NCBI RefSeq assembly: GCF_001447785.1 | Contig: NW_015170334.1 | Location: forward strand, 217,356 to 281,355 | Length of the DNA stretch: 64,000 bases | From: Gekko japonicus | Lineage: Eukaryota | Direction: 5' to 3' | Shown here: in pieces, positions 35,916-47,889 of the stretch | How the letters are laid out: each line of letters opens with the position of its first letter | Position numbering within the stretch: the stretch's first letter is position 1 | Program-made: the position numbers and the translations under genes | The notes under the pieces: model-generated | What the model saw: the letters and a program-made list of their open reading frames with translations, nothing else | The model's database searches: none | What the model was told of the DNA's origin: nothing

Positions 35916-37526
35916 AGAGGGGGGGCATGTGTGTGTTTTGCATGTGCACTGAATTAATTTCAGTATGAAGCCACCTTTCACTTCTGCCCATATAAATGAA
36001 AAAGCAAGGCAGTCAGCTCAGCTATTTGAAAAGAATGAAACCCTCATTGCTGTAATAAATAATGAATGTCACAGTGGGGATCATCAGCTACAGCTGTAGT
36101 TCTGTTTGCCGTTTCATTTTCCCTATTGATGTGGTATTGATGCTAATGCTGTTTCCCGTTTATGGATCATGCCTGTGCTGTTTTGGTAATCGGCAATTAG
36201 CAAAGTGTATCTCGTGTTCTCTGACTGCAACACAAATCACGTCTCTTTAATCTCTAGGGTGTAGCGACAGAATTATTTCTACTTCTAATGTGAATCATTG
36301 TTCCGATTAAAATGAAAAGGAGCTACAGAGGGAACAATTGGTGTCAGGGCAGAAAGCTGATAAGTTCATTCCTAATGAATGCTCCTCATCTAACCACATT
36401 TGCCCTAGAGGGAAGCTGCAGATCCAGGACAGAATATAATCCCCATTATCAAATGGTAATTGTATTCACGAGTACCTGTCTGTACTCATTGTCAGCAATT
36501 ACAGGGCGCTGAATAATACAGTAAAGAAGAAATCACAGAGTTTATCTGAAAATGTCCGCATCCGGTTTATTTGGCTAGAGAGCCACATGCGATACTATCA
36601 GCTATCTCCAGTTATGAACTTTCTGGCCATTTACACCATCTGAGAGACCTGTCTAGTCCTTTTGGAATAGGTTTGCTAGGTCCCCTCATCCCCCTTCTGG
36701 CCAGGGGATTTGGGAGGCATTCTGGGGTGGGCGGGGACACCTCCAAGCCCTGCCCCCAAGCTGCAGCCACCCCTCTCCTTCCCCACCTGCAGAGATTTAA
36801 AGGGCTTCAGCTGATCGGCAGGGAGCATATGGCCCGCTGATCAGCTGGAGGGCCCTTTAAATCTTTCAGCAGGAGTGAGAGGGGCTGTCACTGGCTGCAG
36901 CTCCACTTGCAAAAAGACCCTTTAAAGAGTCTTTTTGTGAGCAGGGTGGAGGCTGCAGCATTTGGGGCTGATTTCCCAGTGGCGATTCACCACTTGGGAT
37001 TCAGGCTGTGGCCAGCAACAGCCCCACTCCCTCCCTGTTGAAAGATTTAAAGGGCCCTCCAGCTGATTGGTGGCCACGTGCTCCTCACCGATCAGCTGAA
37101 GCCCTTTAAATCTTTGCATGAGGGGAGGGAGAGGGGTGGCCGCAGGTGACATGGCTTGGGGGTGGGGATTGGGGGTGGGCCTTCCCCCTGCCAGCCAGCA
37201 GGCTAAGGGTGGATTGGAATCCTTAGAAGTGGGAAAACCCCCACCCTGATCTGGGGGCTGGCAACCCTATTTTGGAACCAAGTGAAACTTTAGCAGTGGC
37301 AGGATTCAGCGATGCAGTCTACTGAGCTAGAACCCAAATTTCACAGATTATATTACCTTATAAATTAGCAACTTCAGACAATATCTGTTTTAGCTAATGT
37401 ACTTAAATAAAACAAATTGGAATTAGTACTTAATCTGTCTGTGCAGATATCTAACATGCCATTGTAAAATTAATTTCCTTCACTTCCCATGGCTAGGTGA
37501 AGTACCCAGGCACTAAGATGAACTGT

Positions 37527-37700
37527 AATTTATTTATTTATGTATTTATTTTATTTTATTTCATTTATACCCCGCCCTCCCCGCATGCGGGCTCAGGGCA
37601 GCTTACACGGCACAACAGTGCAATAAAATATAACACATTAAAACAATTTAGGCACGCAAAGTGCGATAAAATTACACAATTAGCCACAAAGCAGGACATA
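37527..37700 (-). mobile_element. L2-type 3' terminus
   Basis: (TTTA)n then ATACCCCGCCCTCCCC..GGCTCAGGGCAGCTTACA, as at 1031-1090. Confidence 0.7.
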
Positions 37701-39124
37701 ACCAGGGAAGAGCAAGATGACACTTACTACACACTTCTGAAGGGATGAAAGGCCAACACGTTATTTGTGACTTGACATAAATCACCATGGTTACCCAAAA
37801 TGGACAGGATGTGAGGAAGTCTAGTGTAACGGTTAGAGCGTAGAACTAGGACCCAGAAGCCCGAGTTAATTCCCTGCTCATCCATGAAGCTCATGGGGTG
37901 ACCTTGGGCCAGTCATACCGTCTCATTCTGATCAACTGTACAGTGTTATTATGCAGATAAAATGGGAAAGAACCATGTAAACTGAAACTGTTAGCATGGT
38001 AGAGAACCAGATCCAATTTAACACTGACTCCAGTTGCCTGAGTGGAGGTATTATGCTTACTAACTAACCACTAGGTGAGGCCTGGAGTTCTCCTGCAATT
38101 ACAATTCCTCTCCAGACTACAGAGGTCAGTTCCCTGAGAGGATATGGGATATTTGCAGTCTGGTCTCTATGGCTTCACATCCCTGCTGAGCTTCCTCCCC
38201 AGGCACCACCTCCAAATCTCCAGGAATTTCCCAAGCTAGTGTTAGCAACCTTAGGAGCCATGATTAAAAGAATGCAAGTGCTGTAAAGACTGATGCAACA
38301 TGCACAGTCCTCTTGTTTCTCTAGCTCTTTGTGGAAGGATGCTGTGACTCGGCCCCATAACTAAAATGAGCCCTTAAGGCACAATCTGTTCTTGAATATA
38401 CAATTAGAATGAGACCATATGCTTAATAACATGGGAAAGTAGTTGAATAATAGCCAGTCTTATTATGCTCTGGGCTTGAAAAATGGAGCAAAATTCCATA
38501 TTCCAGCAAAGACAAAAACAGCAGTAGAAATACCAATTTGTTATAGGGTTTGAAGACTTGTTTTTAATAATCACAATAACAACAGCAGCAGCAATAATAA
38601 TAACTAACTGGAATCAGAATCAAATATATCTCCAAATGGTTTGGCAATGATTTTGCCATTGTACTAATTCACATAAATGAGACTATTCTTCCAGATATAA
38701 TGTTTAACAAGAGTGGCACGGTTTCAATGTGTCTAATTAAGTAACTATTAAATGCAGTGCATAAAATAAGCAGTAGAGACTAGTATTATTAGAATATTGC
38801 AGTTGTACCTAAAAATTAAGTGGCACTCCATTCAGTGATGAGGCACTGAGATTTGAAAACTGGGATGATCAGCAGGATCATTCATATTCAGTACATGCTG
38901 AATGAAGTATAATGTCTGTGGTTAGAGATATATATTTCTTATTTGATTTTCCTCTGGTGCTTTCAGAGGTAATTAATGCTACTTCGATGATCCATTAGCA
39001 TTTCCATTGTAAGAACATGTACCGTTTTCTGCTTTAGCAGCCAACCCAAAATATATGAGTACCTAAGGGGGGAAAAGGCAATGTAATATAATATGTGAAT
39101 TTTCGATGCTGATGCTAATAAGAC

Positions 39125-40140
39125 CATAAGAACACAAGAGAAACCAATGTTGGATCAGGCCAATGGCCCATCCAGCCCTCCCACTGTTGCCCCCCCCCCA
39201 AGTACCAAGAATACAGAGCATCACTTGCCCCAGACCAAGAGTTCCTATCTATACCTTGTGGCTAATAACCACTGATGGACCTCTGCTCCATATGTTTATC
39301 TAATGCCCTCTTGAAGCTGTCCATGCTTGTAGCCGCCGCCACCTCCTGTAGCAGTGAATTCCATGTGTTAATCACACTTTGGGTGCGTTCAGACAGGGCA
39401 TTTATCTCGGTATAGATGCCGGTTGGAATCAGTGTACTTAGGGGCGATCACACAGCGAACATCTGCCTTCCGTCCCTAACCGTTGCAAACAGCTTTAAAC
39501 CATTGTATTCTGCTACTAGGTTCCCAAGTGGTGGTATCCTGAGTGTACCGGTTCCAATTGCATTATCCCTGTCTGATCGCTCTCCGCCGGTGTCTAGCCA
39601 CTTCCCCAGCATTTGTAAAAAGGGGGGGGGGCTAGTGTAAAGTTTTAGACAAGTCCAGGACTTCACGGAGGCCAGTTTCAGAGTAAAAATTTAAAGGGAC
39701 ATCTTTGCTTCAAGGCATGCTTTCCTTGTTGGGTTGCTCTGCGCCTGCAAAAAAATCTTCATTATAAGGAAGCCTGCCTATGCGCATGCGCAAACTGTGT
39801 AAAACATTTTAAAAACCACTGACGCGCTCTACTGAGCTCCTGAAGGGTGGACGGGCTGATACTGGCTGATTTGTTTTCAGTTCCCTTCCTAATAATCCCC
39901 AGCATACCGTTGGCCTTTTTTATCGCAGTTGCACACTGTCTTGACATTTTCATTGAGTTATCTACTACAACTCCAAGATATCTCTCTTGGTCAGACTCTG
40001 CCAGTTCAGACCCCATCAATGTGTATTTATAGTTAGGATTTTTTGCTCCAATGTGCATCACTTTTCACTAGGCCACATTGAACCTCATTTGCCATGTTGA
40101 CACCCACTCGCCCATCCTCGACAGATCCTTTGGAGTGCCT
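39125..40140 (-). mobile_element. CR1 LINE 3' region, interrupted and internally deleted
   Basis: CATAAGAA tail; MHIGAKNPNYKYTLMGSELAESDQERYLGVVVDNSMKMSRQCATAIKKANGMLGII. Confidence 0.92.
39381..39855. mobile_element. Harbinger-type MITE, one TIR only, nested in CR1
   Basis: Starts GGGTGCGTTCAGAC like the 30740 element; no right TIR found. Confidence 0.7.
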
Positions 40141-40284
40141 CACAAAACCTCCCTTTTTAATTTTTATTATGGCTAGGGGACTTAAAAGCTAGAAGTGGCC
40201 AAGACTTCTGAGAGGGCTTAATCAAGAGATTCCTATTCAATTCTTTAGCTCCAATTGGAATATAATCCTTGAAAACACCCTAAA

Positions 40285-40612
40285 TTAGCATTTTTTGCCT
40301 CTGTCTTCACTGTGGAAGATGAGAAGTGCTTGCCCACTCCAGAATTGCTGGTTTGGGGAGGGATATTGAAAGACCTGAGTCAGATTGAGGTGATGAGAGA
40401 GGAGGTCATACGACTGATAGACAACTTAAAAACTGATAAATCACCAGGTCCGGATGGCATACATCTGAGAGTTCTGAAAGAACTCAAATGTGAACTTGTG
40501 GATTTCTTGAAAAAATATGTAATCTTTCCTTAAAATCTGCCTCCATTCCTGAGGACTGGAAGTTAGCTATTGTCATTCCCATCTTTAAAAAGGGTTCCAG
40601 AGGAGATCCGGG
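40285..40612 (+). mobile_element. CR1 ORF2 internal fragment
   Basis: LKTDKSPGPDGIHLRVLKELK..PEDWKLAIVIPIFKKGSRGDP. Confidence 0.9.
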
Positions 40613-41168
40613 ATGACACATTTAGATAAAGTGTCTGGGAGACACTTTATGGGTAAGGCATCAAAAATAGTGAGACAAGGCATCAAAAAAAGAATGAGGC
40701 TCCCTTTGAGCTAGAGGTCCAGGTCAAATGGTCTTCCTGCCATCCACCCCCAACTGTCCCTCTTCTTGGTAGGTGTAAGGATTTTAATGTAAAAGAGATC
40801 TAACTGTTCATATTTTATTATAGAAAGTTTGTTTAAGGTATCAGTAAAGGTTGAAACAAATAAATTATGGTTATTTTCAAGTACAATGATTGCTTTTTGT
40901 TAAATGCTGATTGTTGATCTTTGGCGAACAAGTTGTGTTCTGCGGACCTATATTAATTTCACTTATATTGTTAATCCTTGTGCTTTCCCTTTTTCTGCTC
41001 TGGTCATAACTACTTACACTAAAGGAATACATTAAACAAACAAATCAAACAAAATCCCTGATCCTTGGCAGTGAGTTTCCATTTCTTTCAAACTGATTCC
41101 TCCCTCAAAAAGGTAACGTAAGTCAGGGGCTAATTTGGAATTAGTTCAAGTCCAGAACAATTTGTTCT

Positions 41169-41350
41169 TTAGCTGTTGTAGATTTTCCAGGTTGTCTGGC
41201 CATGGTCTTGGCATTGTAGGACCTGATGTTTCACCAGTAGCTGTGACTGGCATCGTCAGAGGATGTCAGGTCCTACAATGCCAAGACCATGGCCAGACAG
41301 CCTGGAAAATCTACAACAGCTAATGAACTCCAACGGTGAAAGCCTTCGAC
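41169..41350. mobile_element. Short foldback Penelope-type terminal-repeat element
   Basis: 58-bp inverted arms (41169-41226 / 41266-41323, one mismatch); GAAAGCCTTCGACAAT end; flanking duplication ACAATTT(G/A)TTCTTT. Confidence 0.8.
41221..41263 (-). ncRNA. Minimal type I hammerhead ribozyme motif
   Basis: Minus strand: cct CTGACGA tgccagt cacagct actggt GAAAC ATC agg. This gives the CUGANGA and GAAA core, stem II, an NUH triplet and a short stem I. Confidence 0.7.
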
Positions 41351-42040
41351 AATTTATTCTTTGTTTACTTCATTTATTGTCTGCCTTTTTTGCTGAGACT
41401 TAAGGAGGATTACATAGTTAGAAATGAAAAACAGTTTAACATGTTCAACAAACCATGCCGTATAAAAACTGGGTTGCAAAATTATGGCTAGAAAACTGTA
41501 AAATACATATATTGAAGTAGGTTTTCAGAACTGGAAAATAATCCAGCAAAAGAGTGATCAATGCAACAAAGATTCCCTAGAAATTCCCAGACAACAACTT
41601 GGAAAACTGATTTCACAGTGCTGGGTTCTAGTGCTCATCCAACTTCCAAATGACAGGAACTCCCCAAAGTGAGATGACAGCAACTTCAGCACTTTCTTTT
41701 CATGATTTAAAGTCCGTCTCAATAGTCTCAAAGCTGAACTGTGAGATGAAAGAGAATAGAACTCTCTTCCTATAGAGAACTTTAGAATCTCTAACAATTC
41801 CAGATGAGAAAATGATCAGAATGGTGTAGTTTCACAATATTGACTTCCTCAGTAATTCCCTTCCACACCAGTGAGTTTGGTGGGATGTCACTCTATGTAG
41901 GATTGCACTGTTAGTCCCATTAATTATCTTTATTGAGAAATGATATTTTCTACATACTATCCCAAAAGACAGTGTGATTTGCACAGTCAACCAAAATCTA
42001 CATAGACATGGTAGACATTATTTAGTCATTTAGAATGTTA

Positions 42041-42629
42041 CAAGGGGCGGGACCCGCGATACTCGCGGGGGGGAGGGACCTCGACACTTATGAGGCAGAG
42101 GAGGAAGCAGCAGGAGGAGGTAAGTTCCCCCCATCCCGCCGGTTCCCCCCGTCTCCCCCACCCCCCCTCGATTTAAGTATCCCTCCGATATTTTTTCTGG
42201 GTTTTTAGATTTTTGTGCACACCTGGGGACTGCCCCAAGTGTGCACAAACCCTTGCCTCTCCCCCCAGCTCCGAAGCAAGGCCCGTGCGGCTTGGCCGCT
42301 CGGGCCTCGCTGCTCTCTCCCCCCTCCCCGGCTCCGAAGCGAGGCCCGAGCGCCTTGCCGCTAGGGCCTCACTGCTCTCTCCCCGCCCCTCCAAAGCGGC
42401 GGTGGTCAGGGAGTTTACAGAGCATTCCCTGCGCATGCGCAGGGGACGCTCTGTCACTTTTGAGGGGATTTAAGTATCCCCCCGATATCTTTCCGGGTTT
42501 TTAGATTTTTGTTCACACCTGGGGACTGCCCCAAGTGTGCACAAAAATCTCCCTCCCCCCCAGGTGCCCCCAATGTGCGGATTTAGGTATCCGCACGCAG
42601 GGGTCACCTTTCGCTATTAGATATATAGA
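42041..42629 (-). mobile_element. Complete non-autonomous Helitron
   Basis: 5' TCTATATATCTAATAGC; subterminal hairpin CCCGCGA-GTA-TCGCGGG; 3' CTTG; inserted between A and T with no TSD. Confidence 0.88.
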
Positions 42630-45154
42630 TGCATCAGATCATGGAAAGGGGATGGGGTTGTTGTGGCCTTTCACTTTTGGACAGCTCTTGCCCCAGTACC
42701 CAAATGAAGACTTGAGACAACAGTCTGGGTTTAACTAGTTCATTTAAATTTATTCATCATCAATTAATTATCCTAACATTTAATTGGGGACAGGCTGCGC
42801 TAGGCATCCTGTCCATGGCTGCCTTTGTTTGGGCAAATCCTCCCTGGATCCAAACTCACCCAGCAGCTACCACTGGCCTTGTTTATCCTCATGTGCACAC
42901 AGAGTGCTGAGAGGTGCCCAGCCCCAGTTCCCTACCCTGATGCACTGTTGCTCAGCACCAAAGGTGCTCCCTCCCAAGCCCCATCCCACCGTCCAGCAAG
43001 TGATGGCCTGTTCAGAACATGCCCTTTATCACACCTGATGGCTTAGGGTGCTCACTGCTTATCCCTACCTAAATGGACAATCTGCTTTATCCCCACTAAA
43101 CTAATTGTTGCCTAAATAGTCAAAGACCAGGCCTACTTAGTCCTAAATTCAATTATTTATTTCATTCTTAACCATTGCTACCACAAGCCTGGACATCATG
43201 AAGCAGGAGAAAAAAGAGACCTACCCAAGTGCCAATCTGGGAGAAGGCCCCCCAAATTCCCACTTGGCCAGGGGTATAGCCAGACAATTTTGGATGGTGG
43301 AGCAGGGGAGCCGTGGGAAAGAGAGAGAGAGTGGCAAGCCTGCAGGAAGAGGACTCAACTTGGCAGTGGTGGCCTCACTGCACCTGAACCAGCCCAGCCA
43401 TGTGACCCAGGCTGTCTCAGCTGGTGCAGGCCCAGTAAGGCCATCACCACCAAGCTGAGTCCCCTCCCTCTGCTGTGGGCGGGTTCACCGCTTGCAGCTT
43501 GAGTGGCCTTTCAAAGGGGGAGCTGAGTCCTCTTCCGTGTTTAAAAGGGGAAGCCAAGTCCTCTTCCTCATCTACTGGCTTCCTCATCTACATGAGTTGG
43601 GGAGGAGGGAATCTCCAACTCTCTCTCTCTTTTGCATTTTCATATTTTATTGTATTTTTTGCAATTTTATTTTATTTTGCATTTTTTAAAACCTATTTAT
43701 TTGGGGGGGGGGGCAGAAAAAATAAAATAAGACTGAAGCTTCCCTGACTGTGCCTGGGGTCATTTTGGAAACCCACAAGCATTTTACATTTTTAATTTTT
43801 TTAATTTAAAATCTTTTTCCCATGGGCAGTGCTCATCCATGGGAGCATTGCCCCCAAATGCCCCCCATGGCTATGGACCTGTGCTTGGCCCCTAACAGTG
43901 ACCAGCTAATCCTGTGATATTAAGGGTGGGTTGGTGGGTTGGTTGGCAGCAAGCAGCAAAAACTGAAGCTGAGGGAGGAATAATTAATCGTCCTGTCTGC
44001 CTTCCCATTGGATGGCTGCATCCTAGCCAGCCAATCCAGCCTCAAGCCTCCTTTGAAGCTGGACTGGGGCAATCATGGTTCTAATGGCCCTGAATGCCTC
44101 TTTTGCAGAACCCTCAATTTCTTGCACAAAGCCAGTGGACATATGGTGTGTACGAACAAGAGCATTAAGGGAAAGCTATGGACAAGAACATACTTCTCTC
44201 TCCTCCCTCAAGCACTAGGAAGGGACACAGTTGGAAAGAGCGAAAATGAATCCTCATATTCTTTAGGAAACTTACTTGGATTCTACATCATAAAATCTGC
44301 CCAAATGGAACTAGGAATCTAGGAGTACAGAATTTTTCGCAGCCACTAATTTTTTCTCTTTATTTGCAGACACTTATTTTCATGTTATTGCTTGCCATGG
44401 TTTTATTTTCTGACAAGTCTTTTTAAAAATGATATAAGCACAAAGACCATTAAAGGGATACATTTCAGTAGCTATAAAACAAGTGCACATCTTTAATTGT
44501 TGTAGCTTAAATGCTACTACCAGTGCATAATAATAAACAATACATATGCTAAAGACAGTTCATGTAGACTTAAAGCTGGTATATAATAACTTTACTGTCT
44601 AGATTTAGATTCTGTTCTGAAGTACACTTTTCTGGACTAAGTTCCATTAAAACTTGCTAGGGATCAGTGCTCAAGATTTTAGCTACAGCAGTTGCCAAAA
44701 TCATATTCATCAAATGTAAGATTATAAACATCACCTTAATTAGCAGTCGTATTAAAAATCTCCTTATCACTAGCTCTCTTTTTTGTATGTGTTTACAGCA
44801 AAATTCCCTACTGAGATCAACAGAGCAGAATACAGGAAAATAATTATTTTTAACACCTATGTGGCATCACATTGAATGTTCACTTCTTAAAACTGGTTAT
44901 CAAAGCTAGATTCAGTGTTTTTCCTTTAACACTGTGGAGTACAAATAATAAATAATGATCAATGAGCTGGATACAAACTATGGATTTGTGTTAAAAAAAT
45001 AATAATTCTCTCCACAAGCAGAAAACTCCTTCTGTGAATGGAATGATTCCTTTGTATTCAGTCTCATGATTTAGATCCAGCCTAAAGTCTTCTTAGTGTC
45101 TATGTTAGTAAGGTATATACCAATACTAAATTGGTAACTAAAAAAGCTAACTAA

Positions 45155-45686
45155 GGCCCCGGTCACACGGGCAGGAAACTGCAGAGAAGAAGCGTGGCTG
45201 TTTGCCCTGGGGCAAACTACTGCGCAGTTACGCGATCAGACCTCCTGTGGAGGTACCGTGGAGGTACCGTGGAGGTTCCATGGCAAGGGAGAGGTGCCGA
45301 TCACAGGACAAGCCGGCGCGCAACAAAGAAGCGCGCGCCGCGGCAAACTGTTTTGTATTTTTGTGTACATGACAAATGCGCATGCGCCGTTGGGTGCGCA
45401 TGCGCATCCACAGAGACTTGGACAAAAAAAAAACACCTTATTTGCAAGGGGACATGGGCGGGCGCCGGATGCCTCCGGAAACGCGATCAGACGCCCGCCC
45501 TTGCCCCGCAGTTTCCGGAAACTAGTACCTCCAAGGTACTAGTTTTTTGCCACGCAGTTTCGGCTGGAAGCCTCGGTTGAGCCACGGGAGTGCTACGCTT
45601 CCCAGATGTGCTGGTGAGATCGCGCCCGGAAACTCCGGCTGTTTTCCGTCTCACTTGTGTGGCTTCTGTTACGTGTGACCACAGCC
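45155..45686. mobile_element. PIF/Harbinger MITE
   Basis: TIRs GGCCCCGGTCACACG / CGTGTGACCACAGCC; TSD TAA/TAA. Confidence 0.9.
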
Positions 45687-45726
45687 TAAGACACTTTCTG
45701 CTGTTGTACCTAATTTACCTAATGTA

Positions 45727-46096
45727 GGCCCCGGTCACACGGGCCAGATAATGTGGGGGGGGGAGGCGTGGCTTTTTGCGCCAATGCAATTTGACCCGCC
45801 AGAACGCGATCAGACACGATGGTGGTGAATCGGATTTTTATTTGTCAGTGCGTGTTTCCAGTGCACTTCCAACGAGGTGAGAGGAGCACGCTGGAGTGAT
45901 CACACATAGGAATTCCATCCGCAGCCCGTCGCAAATGGTTTGCTAGTAGGCTTTCCTGGGTACTTTTTAACTCCGCATCTTCGGCCGGATGCTATGGGTG
46001 GTCAACAGGTGTCAGATGTCCCTGTGTGATCGCGCCCCTATAATCTGCCCAGCATTCGTGCCTCTTCCGTGGCAATTTCTGCATGTGAACAAAGCC
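45727..46096. mobile_element. PIF/Harbinger MITE, related subfamily
   Basis: Same left TIR; right end CATGTGAACAAAGCC; flanks GTA/ATA. Confidence 0.75.
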
Positions 46097-46213
46097 ATAC
46101 ATACTCTGATAATTTGGAAAATGAGCTTTTATTTTTAACTGGTAGTTAATATGAGAAAAACTGAGCTGTTCTTCATTCCAACTTCTGGGAGGAAAGACAC
46201 CCAGTTTTACTTT

Positions 46214-46551
46214 AAAAAAGGTAAAGGTTCCCTTGCTCGAAAGCCAGTCAAGTCCGACTCTAGGGTTGCGGTGCTCATCTCCGTTTCAAAGCCGAAGAGC
46301 CAGCGCTGTCCGAAGACGTTTCTGTGGTCATGTGGCCAGCATGACTAAACACCAAGGCTGTTACCTTCCCACCGGTGGTACCTATTTATCTACCTGCCAT
46401 TTCTTGCTTTCGAACTGCTAGGTTGGCAGGAGCTGGAACTAGAGACGGGAGCTCACTCCGTCATGCGGCAACTCGGGTCTCGAACTGCTGAACTACTGAC
46501 CTTCCACACCCTGCAGTTCAGCGTCTTAACCACTTGAGCAACCGCAGCTCC
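46214..46551 (-). mobile_element. Sauria SINE, full length
   Basis: Close match to the reverse complement of 24374-24720; TSD AGTTTTACTT. Confidence 0.92.
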
Positions 46552-47889
46552 TAGTTTTACTTACTACAAGGCTAATATATTTTTATACTTTTAACTAACT
46601 GTTTTCAGATATTAGCAAGGAACGTTTCTATCCACCAGAAATCAGTATGTGAAGGTGGTTCAGAGTTATTCTGAATTACTTTGGCTGCTGGCTGGCACTG
46701 ATGCTGTTCATCTAATGTCATTAGAGAGAGGCAGAATCTGTTCCATATCTTGCCTTCATAGTTCCATAATCATCTTTCTTTATTGATCAAAACGTGCTCT
46801 CTGAACATTACACTTAATTTATTTCCATCTACATTCCTGTTTTGTTAATCTAATGAAAGGCCTCTCAGCAGAGACTATACCACCTTATTATTTATAGAGC
46901 AACTGGATGGTGATAGTACTATGTTAATGTAGCAGAAGTAAAATGGTAACAAGATATAATATCACTCTGTACTTAATGAAGAGATATATCTGTATTGTGT
47001 GTATGTGAATATGTATTGAGAATATATAGAATTTATAGAGAATATATAGAAAGATATGTTCCTGGCAATGTCCATGACAGAACTCCAGTTTCTTTTTATA
47101 GAATTGGATTGTATGCTTCAATACTTCATTTTTGTAAATCCTTTCCTTATTTATTTTTAATATTTAAAGAAACAAAACATTTTAAAGAATTGTTAATACC
47201 CATTTGCTTTCCAGTAACAACAGTATGGCTGGAAAGATTATTCAAGGTTACTTTGGAGACTTCTAACCTCTTAAGGAAAGTTGCATTCTTGATCCTGTAA
47301 TAAAGACTTCAGCTAAGCTTGGGAATTTTTCTCATGAGTACTAAAATCAAACCCAGAATAACTTCCTCTGCTTGTCTTCTATCAGTTTTAATTTTACAGA
47401 CTCTCTTCAGAACTCTGGGCTACATTTTCCTCTCAGCTTTTCTAGGGTAAATCCAAGAAATGCTTCCTATAAGCTTGTGGCAGATACATGTCAGTGCAAT
47501 TCAGCCAGATGGTAAACGGTAAATGCTTTCTGGCTAAGAAAAAGTGCTTAATTGTAGCAAGCAATCTCCTAGCAAATTAACCTAAATTCATAGTGACTTG
47601 TCATTGCATCTGTTGTTCTGCACTGGAGGAAGGAACATCTGGAGAAAAGGAGGAAAATAAAAGGAAATAACTGATCAGTGTGGGGAAGGATAGAAAGAGT
47701 TATCCCATGGCCTTGAGGAGAACACAGATGAGTAATACTCTTGTCCGACAGGGCTTGGAAGGGAAAACAACTAACAGGAGAGGATCCAAATGCCATACAT
47801 TTCTTGTGGTAGTGACTTAGTTTCATTAAGGTCAGAAACTCAAGCACCAGGATGCTCAGCTCACACCTTTCTGAATTTTATGTGGAGGA

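Noticed and set aside
46600-46660. Possible micro-exon after TTTTCAG
   Set aside because: Weak donor site and no supporting peptide similarity.
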